From: Bacteroidota bacterium
Lineage (GTDB): Bacteria; Bacteroidota; Bacteroidia; Chitinophagales; Chitinophagaceae
DNA: 64,000 bases
Reading direction: 5' to 3'
Assembly (NCBI GenBank): GCA_018267875.1
Contig: JAFDXP010000075.1
Coordinates: 16,566 to 80,565, forward strand
Shown in pieces: positions 1-7,414 of the stretch; within the stretch, counting starts at the first letter, position 1; every line of letters starts with the position of its first letter. The position numbers and the translations under genes are program-made. The notes below the pieces were generated by a model that was not told the DNA's origin, ran no database searches, and saw only the letters and a program-made list of their open reading frames with translations.

Positions 1-99
1 GCACTTGAGTTTTATAAAAAATTAGGCTATATCGGCTATGGGCAAGCATTTATAGAAGTTGGGATTCCACATTTATCCCTGAAAAAAGCACTTTTTTGA
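1..99 (+). CDS. GNAT-family N-acetyltransferase, 3' end only (gene begins upstream of the window)
   Basis: Frame 1 is open from the window edge and reads ALEFYKKLGYIGYGQAFIEVGIPHLSLKKALF, then TGA at 97-99. The FYxKxGY tail is typical of the C-terminal end of GNAT folds. It is absent from the ORF track because it has no start inside the window. Confidence 0.45.
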   Translation, partial: ALEFYKKLGYIGYGQAFIEVGIPHLSLKKALF

Positions 100-1253
100 A
101 CTGTAGATTAAAAAATAAGACTTGGCACGTTGTTTTGTACAACCATTCAACTGAGCTTCCCTCAGCTTGGCAAAGCGTATTGCCAATAGATCATTTTTTG
201 CAACCAGCCTCTCTTCATATTTATGAGTTGATTCAATTGCCCGATATTAGTTTTTTATATGCCTTGGTTTATCAAAATGAGAAACCGGTTGCCGCCGGCT
301 ATTTTCAAGTTCTTTCCTTAAAAAAGAGCTTACTGTCAAAAAGCAAAAGCAGCTCAGCTATTCATGGGCTTTGGCAGGCATTTTCTTGGCTTGTTCGTCC
401 TAAATTATTAGTGGGTGGACATTTATTTCGACATGACATTTGTTCCTTCTATGCAATAAAGGAATTAGCACCATTTGAGATTTTCCAAGCTTATCAAATT
501 GCCATTCAATTTGCCTTGAAACAATGCCATGCTCATGCCGTTTTGATAAAAGATGTGCAACAACCCATCATGGTTTATTTTCAACATCATGCACCTGAAT
601 ATTTTTTACTTCGAAATGATATTTCGATGGAGATGAAAATAGCTCAATCTTGGCATTCACTGACAGATTATGAGGCAGCTTTGAAACATAAGTACGGACA
701 GCGATTCAGAAAAATCAGACAATCCTTAAATGGGGCAACCATCAAAGAACTCAGTACGGATGAGGTCTTTAGACACCAAGAAGTGCTTTATGGCTTATAT
801 CTTCAAGTTTGCGAACGACAACCTGTACGTTTGGGACTGATCAATGCAGCTTACTTACCTACACTCAAGAAAGCAAATAACAACCTACATATTTGGCTTG
901 TAGAAAACGATCAAAAACCAATAGCATTTTTCAGTGCTTGGAACCAAGAAACAGTGTTAGACATGTTTTATATCGGGTTTGACTATACCTTGAACGATTC
1001 ACTACAATTATATTTTAACTTGCTGTTTTTCGGACTTGAACAAGCCATTAGATTGGGTAAGAAGAAATTAATTCTGGGTAGAACCGCCTTAGAAGCCAAA
1101 GCTCGTATTGGTTGCGAACCACTCTATTTGTCAACCTATCTTTTTATCAAAAACAGCGGTTTACGTTGGTTGGTAAATCAAAGTTGGAAACATTTTTCTC
1201 CTTCAGAAGAAGCATGGGAAAATAGACACCCTTTCAAAAAGATAGTTGAATAA
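96..1253 (+). CDS. FemAB-like (Acetyltransf_6-type) GNAT-fold protein, function unknown
   Basis: 385-aa ORF whose TTG start overlaps the upstream stop (TTGA at 96-99). The C-terminal half (KYGQRFRKIRQSL...IAFFSAWNQETVLDMFYIGFDY...LILGRTALEAKARIGCEP) resembles FemAB-like acetyltransferase domains. There is no Met in the first ~150 codons, so the start is uncertain. Confidence 0.45.
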   Translation: MNCRLKNKTWHVVLYNHSTELPSAWQSVLPIDHFLQPASLHIYELIQLPDISFLYALVYQNEKPVAAGYFQVLSLKKSLLSKSKSSSAIHGLWQAFSWLVRPKLLVGGHLFRHDICSFYAIKELAPFEIFQAYQIAIQFALKQCHAHAVLIKDVQQPIMVYFQHHAPEYFLLRNDISMEMKIAQSWHSLTDYEAALKHKYGQRFRKIRQSLNGATIKELSTDEVFRHQEVLYGLYLQVCERQPVRLGLINAAYLPTLKKANNNLHIWLVENDQKPIAFFSAWNQETVLDMFYIGFDYTLNDSLQLYFNLLFFGLEQAIRLGKKKLILGRTALEAKARIGCEPLYLSTYLFIKNSGLRWLVNQSWKHFSPSEEAWENRHPFKKIVE

Positions 1254-1275
1254 ATTTTTTGTCAGCGTACTTTTG
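1246..1275 (+). promoter_or_regulatory. candidate Bacteroidota-type promoter (-33 TTG, -7 TAnnTTTG) for the transketolase-subunit gene
   Basis: TTG at 1246-1248 and TACTTTTG at 1268-1275, separated by 19 nt. The motif ends 17 nt before the ATG at 1293. Confidence 0.35.
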
Positions 1276-1292
1276 CGCTTCATCACAGCCTT

Positions 1293-2255
1293 ATGCTCAA
1301 GGATATTCAAGTCTTAAACGAGAAAGAAACCCGTGCCGGATTTGGCGAGGGTATTTTGGAAGCCGGTCGCCGCAATGAAAATGTAGTAGCACTAACAGCC
1401 GATTTAGCGGGATCGTTAAAGCTAAACGCATTTATCAAAGAATTTCCCGAACGCTTTATTCAATGCGGTATTGCGGAAGCAAACATGATGGGTGTTGCTG
1501 CGGGCATGACCATCGGTGGAAAAATACCTTTTACCACCACGTTTGCAAATTTTTCTACTTCGCGTGTTTATGACCAAATTCGTCAATCCATTGCATATAG
1601 CAATAAAAATGTAAAAATTTGTGCTTCACATGCCGGTTTAACCTTGGGAGAAGATGGAGCTACCCATCAGGTGTTAGAAGATATTGGCATGATGAAAATG
1701 TTGCCCGGCATGACCGTTATTGTGCCTTGCGATTTTAACCAAACCAAAGCAGCAACCATAGCCATAGCAGCACATGAAGGACCTGTTTACCTGAGATTTG
1801 GTCGCCCCAAATGGCCAAATTTTACAGCCGAAAACCACCCTTTTGAAATCGGCAAAGCGCAAATATTAGCCGAAGGTACGGATGTGTCAATCTTTGCCTG
1901 TGGACACATGGTGTGGTTGGCCGTAGAGGCTGCCAAAGCATTAGCTGAAAAAGGAATCAGCGTAGAGTTGATCAATATTCACACCATAAAACCATTAGAC
2001 GAAACTACCGTGATTGCTTCAGTGAAAAAAACCGGTTGTTTGGTTACCGCCGAAGAACATCAAATCAATGGCGGATTGGGCGACAGCATTGCCAACGTAG
2101 CTGCCCGCCAATGCCCTGCTCCACACGAATATGTGGCTGTTATGGATACCTTTGGTGAAAGTGGTACTCCTAAACAACTGCTCGATAAATATGGATTGAC
2201 AACTGCACACATTATATCAGCAGCAGAAAAAGCCCTTGCACGGAAAGGACGATAA
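1293..2255 (+). CDS. transketolase C-terminal subunit of a split transketolase (pyrimidine-binding plus C-terminal domains)
   Basis: 320 aa. FPERFIQCGIAEANMMGVAAGM, RVYDQIRQSIAY and THQVLEDIGMMKMLPGM are the usual Transket_pyr signatures. The size matches the C-terminal half of split transketolases. Confidence 0.9.
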   Translation: MLKDIQVLNEKETRAGFGEGILEAGRRNENVVALTADLAGSLKLNAFIKEFPERFIQCGIAEANMMGVAAGMTIGGKIPFTTTFANFSTSRVYDQIRQSIAYSNKNVKICASHAGLTLGEDGATHQVLEDIGMMKMLPGMTVIVPCDFNQTKAATIAIAAHEGPVYLRFGRPKWPNFTAENHPFEIGKAQILAEGTDVSIFACGHMVWLAVEAAKALAEKGISVELINIHTIKPLDETTVIASVKKTGCLVTAEEHQINGGLGDSIANVAARQCPAPHEYVAVMDTFGESGTPKQLLDKYGLTTAHIISAAEKALARKGR

Positions 2256-2290
2256 GTTCAGTACATAATTCAGTTTGTTTCAATAGAAAA

Positions 2291-2326
2291 AACCGATAAG
2301 TGCCTAAGCACTATCGGTTTTTTTTA
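2291..2326 (+). terminator. rho-independent terminator after the transketolase subunit gene
   Basis: AACCGATAAGTGC / GCACTATCGGTT imperfect stem with loop CTAA, followed by a T8 run (2318-2325). Confidence 0.6.
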
Positions 2327-2360
2327 AGATAAACAGACTGTTTTTAGCGTCCGGATGTTT

Positions 2361-3124
2361 CTACTTTCTTATGTTCATCAATCGGAGATTGACTCCACAC
2401 TGAAAGGTGAGCGGAGAGCCACTGATAGCCACATTGCCTTCCTCTTGATACACACTATTTTCGAGTTTGTATTGATATTGTACCGGCTGTGAAAAAATAT
2501 TGCCCGTTGTTGCTTTTACCGCAAACATAAACGACAATCTATCTTTGATTGCTTTGCGAGAATTAATTGAAAAAAAAAGCCTGCATCTGCCGTTGGAATC
2601 CAAAATCCGTTATCCGGCGGAATGGTTGAATTTTGATAGCGGATGGTGCCAAATTGCGATTTGTCAGTATTGTCATAACCCAAACTTCGACCATTCCCTG
2701 AAAATTTTCCATAAGCAATACCCATTTTAACAATGCCCCCAACATATATACGATGATGGAAAACAAGTATTCGCCCTTCAATGCCGACAGACACGTTGTG
2801 AAGAAAATAACTATACTGTTGCTTGTAATTAAAAATAATCCCCTGTTCCGGTTCATGAACCTGATGCTTAAATCCCACTTGATTCATCTGTGCATTATAC
2901 TCAAGCGTTAAAAAGCTATGCTTGTTTCATGAATAGGCAATACTTGGGGAAACGTAAACACCCTCCATCAAACCAAATCGAAAATTGGATGGGCTTGCCT
3001 GAGCGGGAATCAGCTTTGTCAGTGTAATGCCATTCCCTATACGAAAATCAAGTGAATGCCCCTTCGATAGCATAGGAAGAAAAATGGCGACAAATACACA
3101 CGGATATAAATATTCTCTACGCAT
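2361..3124 (-). pseudogene. disrupted gene for a signal-peptide-bearing outer-membrane beta-barrel-like protein (possibly PagL/acyloxyacyl-hydrolase-like)
   Basis: Three minus-strand ORF pieces. 2927-3124 carries the signal-peptide-like N-terminus MRREYLYPCVFVAIFLPML. 2516-2887 is in the same frame but separated by an in-frame TGA (plus-strand TCA at 2927-2929). 2361-2603 is in another frame, and the two frames overlap across a T9 run (plus-strand A9 at 2570-2578). Confidence 0.5.
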
Positions 3125-3460
3125 GGCTCTATTTTTTTAAAAATGTTTTGAAATGTGATTGACCGCCTTCAATTAAAACAAAATAGTAGGTACCCGGTTG
3201 CAAGGAAGATATATCTATATTACTATTTTAAAAAATATCTCTTTTACATGCTTAAATAATTTCATTTTTTTCATTGGGAAAACATTTGGTGGTTAATAAT
3301 GAAGGTTGTTGTTCAATATCAAACATATACCATTATGTTAAAATACAATTAAGTTGCTTTTTTTGTTCCTAAAAATTTCCTGCACAATAGTGCCGGATGA
3401 TGTATTAGCCATGCTGTATAAAAAAGTTTATCCTGTCTTACTTACTGACCAAAGTTATCC

Positions 3461-3488
3461 TTGCTCTACTATATTCTAAGTACCTTTG
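3461..3488 (+). promoter_or_regulatory. candidate Bacteroidota-type promoter for korA
   Basis: TTG at 3461-3463 and TACCTTTG at 3481-3488 (TAnnTTTG), separated by 17 nt and about 50 nt upstream of the ATG at 3538. Confidence 0.4.
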
Positions 3489-3537
3489 CGGCGCGTTTTC
3501 AATAAACGACTTTCTTTTCACTTTATTATTCGCACTT

Positions 3538-5385
3538 ATGGCAGTTCCTACCCAAGCAGTTGATGATGTTGTAATAAAATTTGCTGGCGATAGTGGTGAT
3601 GGTATGCAGCTTACGGGCTCACAGTTTACCAATAATACCGCATTGATTGGCAACGATCTTTCTACTTTTCCCGATTTTCCGGCTGAAATTCGTGCCCCTC
3701 AAGGCACTGTGCCGGGCGTGAGTGGATATCAGCTTCGATTTTCGAGCGACCGTATCTTCACACCGGGTGATGTTTGTGATGTGTTGGTAGCCATGAATGC
3801 CGCAGCGTTAAAGGTTAATTTGAAAGCTCTTAAAAAAGGGGGAATCATCATTGCAAACACCGATGGTTTTGACAGTAAGAACTTGCGACTGGCCAATTTC
3901 CCTGAGGGTATCAACCCCTTAGAAGATGGCTCATTAACAGGATATGAATTGCACAAAATGGATATTACTAAGCTTACTCGTGAGGCTTTGAAAGATATTC
4001 AATTGGGCACCAAAGAAAAAGACAGAGCTAAAAACATGTTTGTTTTGGGCTTTTTGTATTGGCTCTATCATCGCGACATGAGCAACACTATCAGCTTTTT
4101 GGAAGATAAATTTTCTAAGCGACCTGAGATTTTAGAAAGTAACAAAAAAGCATTGCAAGCCGGATACAATTATGGCGATACTGTTGAAGCATTCAGCACC
4201 CGATATACCGTAGCAAAAGCAAAACTACCCTCCGGAAAATATCGAGGCATTACCGGCAATACAGCCTTAGCCTATGGACTGATTGCAGCAGCAGAAAAAT
4301 CAGGGTTACCCATGTTTCTGGGCACCTACCCCATCACACCGGCATCCGACATTTTGCATGAGCTTTCTCGCCACAAAAACTTTGGCATTCGCACCTTTCA
4401 AGCGGAAGATGAAATTGCAGGCATTGCCTCAGCAATCGGTGCATCATTTGGCGGATCTTTAGGTGTAACAACGACTTCTGGCCCCGGTATGGCTTTAAAA
4501 ACAGAGGCTATGGGGCTTGCCGTTATGTTGGAAATCCCTTTATTGATTGTCAATATTCAAAGGGGCGGACCATCAACCGGATTGCCAACCAAAACCGAAC
4601 AAAGCGACTTGCTGCAAGCTTATTACGGAAGAAATGGAGAATGCCCTATGCCCGTGATTGCCGCACGCACACCAAGCGACTGTTTCGATGCTGCGTATGA
4701 AGCTGTTCGAATTTCCTTACAACACATGACCCCTGTTATTCTACTCAGTGATGGATACATAGCCAACGGTGCTGAGCCTTGGCGTTTCCCTACCAGTGCT
4801 GATTTAAAGCCTATTGAAGTTAGTTTTAAAAAGCATTTAAACGTAGATGAACCTAAGTTTTTACCCTATAAACGAGATGAAAAATTGGTGCGTCCTTGGG
4901 CTGTTCCGGGTACGCCGGGATTAGAACATAGGGTTGGCGGGTTAGAAAAAGAAGATGGTACAGGCAATGTTTCTTACGATCCTGACAACCATCAGCACAT
5001 GGTGAAAACACGAGAAGCTAAGATTGAAAAAATTGCTGACTATATTCCGCTTCAGGACTTGGATAGTGGACCGGAAAGTGGCGAGGTCTTAGTATTGGGC
5101 TGGGGCAGCACTTATGGCTCTATAAAAAGTGCTGTTGCTTCTTTGCAAGCTCAAGGGAAATCAGTAGCTCATGCACACTTGCGTTATTTACGCCCTTTTC
5201 CAAGAAACCTAGCTGATATGTTGAAGCGATATAAGCATATTTTAGTACCAGAAATTAACAATGGGCAATTGATCAAAATTATTCGTAGTGAATTTTTGAT
5301 AGATGCTAAAGGGTACAACAAAATTAAAGGAACTCCGCTAACTCGTGCTGAATTAGTAGGGGCAATCAATGAATTGCTGACATGA
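3538..5385 (+). CDS. korA: 2-oxoacid (2-oxoglutarate):ferredoxin oxidoreductase, alpha subunit
   Basis: 615 aa. The N-terminal VIKFAGDSGDGMQLTGSQF, then TYPITPASDILHEL and QAEDEIAGIASAIGASFGG, are hallmark KorA/OorA-type motifs. Confidence 0.9.
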   Translation: MAVPTQAVDDVVIKFAGDSGDGMQLTGSQFTNNTALIGNDLSTFPDFPAEIRAPQGTVPGVSGYQLRFSSDRIFTPGDVCDVLVAMNAAALKVNLKALKKGGIIIANTDGFDSKNLRLANFPEGINPLEDGSLTGYELHKMDITKLTREALKDIQLGTKEKDRAKNMFVLGFLYWLYHRDMSNTISFLEDKFSKRPEILESNKKALQAGYNYGDTVEAFSTRYTVAKAKLPSGKYRGITGNTALAYGLIAAAEKSGLPMFLGTYPITPASDILHELSRHKNFGIRTFQAEDEIAGIASAIGASFGGSLGVTTTSGPGMALKTEAMGLAVMLEIPLLIVNIQRGGPSTGLPTKTEQSDLLQAYYGRNGECPMPVIAARTPSDCFDAAYEAVRISLQHMTPVILLSDGYIANGAEPWRFPTSADLKPIEVSFKKHLNVDEPKFLPYKRDEKLVRPWAVPGTPGLEHRVGGLEKEDGTGNVSYDPDNHQHMVKTREAKIEKIADYIPLQDLDSGPESGEVLVLGWGSTYGSIKSAVASLQAQGKSVAHAHLRYLRPFPRNLADMLKRYKHILVPEINNGQLIKIIRSEFLIDAKGYNKIKGTPLTRAELVGAINELLT

Positions 5386-5523
5386 CAAGTAATTTAGGTC
5401 ATTAGAATACCACAAAACACTTTCTAAAAACACATTTGCTTTTAGTTGTGACAGTTTGAAATCTGCTGATATAGACTATTTCAAAAGTAGCATTATATAA
5501 CAAGTGGGACACTTGATAATAAG

Positions 5524-5548
5524 AGGTCTAAGCGAAACGTTTAGACCT
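5524..5548. terminator. stem-loop between convergent korA and the acetyltransferase gene (possible bidirectional terminator)
   Basis: AGGTCTAAGCG / CGTTTAGACCT forms an 11-bp stem (one G-U pair) with loop AAA. The flanks are only moderately U-rich. Confidence 0.4.
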
Positions 5549-5635
5549 AATTTAAGCACATACAGGATTGTTAGAATATTTCTGCTCGACCAGTTTTTGA
5601 AGTGCCGTGAAAACACGCTTCGATTTCACTAACTT

Positions 5636-6217
5636 TTACTTTTCTATTTTTGTAACTAATCCATCTTTTAAACAATACTGTTCTTTAGATTCAGGACAAA
5701 CGGCAATACCATCTGATGAAAATTCCAGCCGATGACCATATTCACTCATCCACCCTATTTGTTTTGCCGGATTGCCAACTAATAAGGCATAAGGCAGCAC
5801 TTCTTTCGTTACTACAGCACCAGCTCCAATAAAGGCATACGCTCCAATATTATGCCCACAAACGATAGTGGCATTGGCCCCAATCGATGCCCCTTTCCCA
5901 ACATGCGTGGCTCTATATTCATTTTTCCGCTCAATGGCACTACGCGGATTGATGACGTTTGTAAACACACATGACGGTCCTAAGAAAACATCATCCTCAC
6001 AAACAACACCGGTATAAATAGACACATTGTTTTGTATTTTCACCCTATTCCCTAATTGAACACCTGGTGATATGACTACATTTTGTCCAATATTGCAGTT
6101 TTCCCCAAGAACTGATTTTGGCATCACATGCGAAAAATGCCATATTTTAGTTCCCTTTCCAATAATACACCCTTCATCTATAACGGCAGTTGGATGTGCA
6201 TAAAATGATAACTCCAT
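5636..6217 (-). CDS. left-handed beta-helix (hexapeptide-repeat) sugar N-acetyltransferase, WbpD/WlbB-like
   Basis: 193 aa. It has repeated [LIV]-G-x4 hexapeptides (IIGKGTKIWHFSHV, NIGQNVVISPGVQLGNRVKIQNNVSIY, IGANATIVCGHNIGAYAFIGAGAVV) and the VGNPAKQIGWMS tail seen in amino-sugar acetyltransferases. Confidence 0.8.
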   Translation of the reverse strand: MELSFYAHPTAVIDEGCIIGKGTKIWHFSHVMPKSVLGENCNIGQNVVISPGVQLGNRVKIQNNVSIYTGVVCEDDVFLGPSCVFTNVINPRSAIERKNEYRATHVGKGASIGANATIVCGHNIGAYAFIGAGAVVTKEVLPYALLVGNPAKQIGWMSEYGHRLEFSSDGIAVCPESKEQYCLKDGLVTKIEK

Positions 6218-6268
6218 AAAATGTGTCTATAATAAATAGATTATGCTCAAAAAAATACTAAATTACAA

Positions 6269-6595
6269 TTATTTACGAAAGGGAAATATCCGCAGTCGTA
6301 TTGCAGCTCGCTTCTTTAAAGTTTTGCTGGTTTTATAGGCATACCGATAGTTTTGGATATTGAAAAACCAACACCAACAATGTTCCATAAATCCGGAAAT
6401 GGAGGAAAAGATAATACCAACAATATACCCTAATATGAGTGATAAAACAGCTAATAACCACAATGAAATATGTAGATTCCAAAAAAGAATCGTAAAAGCG
6501 GTAAGAACTATGCCTAAAATATAGTATGGGAGGTATTTCATAGGGGATAAATAAAATGGAACTGCATAGATATGCAAGTTTTTTATTAATTCCAA
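6269..6595 (-). CDS. small integral membrane protein, hypothetical
   Basis: 108 aa with two clear hydrophobic helices (YYILGIVLTAFTILFW, LWLLAVLSLILGYIVGIIFSSI) and a basic C-terminal tail. It lies on the same strand as its neighbours. An alternative start is M19 (6541). Confidence 0.4.
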   Translation of the reverse strand: MELIKNLHIYAVPFYLSPMKYLPYYILGIVLTAFTILFWNLHISLWLLAVLSLILGYIVGIIFSSISGFMEHCWCWFFNIQNYRYAYKTSKTLKKRAAIRLRIFPFRK

Positions 6596-6663
6596 ATTTC
6601 AAATAGTTGTTAAAGAAATATTAACATATAAAATAAAGCAGAAACTTAAGAAGATAGAGGGTA

Positions 6664-7410
6664 TCAAAGCATTGACCACCAAACACTACGTTGAGCCCAA
6701 GAACCCCATTTCTTTATGCTATTCTGAATACTTTCATACATTTCATGCTGACTTACCTTTTTCCCTTTTTCGGGCACTTTAAAGTCTTCCTGTTTAGGTG
6801 GATTGGTTTCCACCTTAGTAGCTACCCAAGTGCTGTACAGCCGAGGGATGGCAATTTCTAAAATCATTCCGGGCAATCCGGCAAACATTTCAGGTCCACC
6901 ACTGACCATAATATCATCTGTATAAAAAGCGACTACATAAACAGAGTCAAAAATTTTCCCGACTGCTTTTCTACATTTAAAATTGGCAATGGTTCGTACC
7001 TCATCCAAAATTTTCCATTCAATTTTCCGAATACTGTCTTGCACTAAAAACTTTTCTTCAAACACATTTTTTGAGGCTACAACTGAGTTTTTTTGAAAGT
7101 TGGTGAATACCAAATTGTCAGCAGCGGGAGTATTTCCAAACATCATTTTGTTGGGGTTTTCCCCTTCTCTTCCGGGTTTGTAGAGGCTATTGTTTCTATT
7201 AAAACTCAGGTCAAAATAACTATTCACAAACTTAGGAATTTGTGATTTCATCTTTTCAAACCAGCTTCCACCACTTTCGGCTGCCATGTCATCTAATTGG
7301 CGATGGATATTAACCTTTCGCTCAAATTCTATTTTACCTTGCGCGGTATATTGCGCCAAAACCATAGAAGGAATCCCAAGATAGAGTATTATCAGAAGTG
7401 CTTTTTTCAT
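6664..7410 (-). CDS. GLPGLI family protein (secreted, function unknown)
   Basis: 248 aa. It has a signal peptide (MKKALLIILYLGIPSMVLAQ) and the family-defining motif as FAGLPGMILEI. Confidence 0.85.
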   Translation of the reverse strand: MKKALLIILYLGIPSMVLAQYTAQGKIEFERKVNIHRQLDDMAAESGGSWFEKMKSQIPKFVNSYFDLSFNRNNSLYKPGREGENPNKMMFGNTPAADNLVFTNFQKNSVVASKNVFEEKFLVQDSIRKIEWKILDEVRTIANFKCRKAVGKIFDSVYVVAFYTDDIMVSGGPEMFAGLPGMILEIAIPRLYSTWVATKVETNPPKQEDFKVPEKGKKVSQHEMYESIQNSIKKWGSWAQRSVWWSML

Positions 7411-7414
7411 CGTT

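Noticed and set aside
2927-2929. In-frame TGA as selenocysteine or stop-codon recoding
   Set aside because: No SECIS-like hairpin follows it. The same gene also carries a frameshift, and every other gene in the window uses TGA as an ordinary stop.
6333-6602. 89-aa alternative ORF overlapping the 108-aa membrane protein on the same strand
   Set aside because: The 6269-6595 frame gives two clean TM helices and a basic tail. The alternative frame is Cys/Tyr/Phe-rich without helices.
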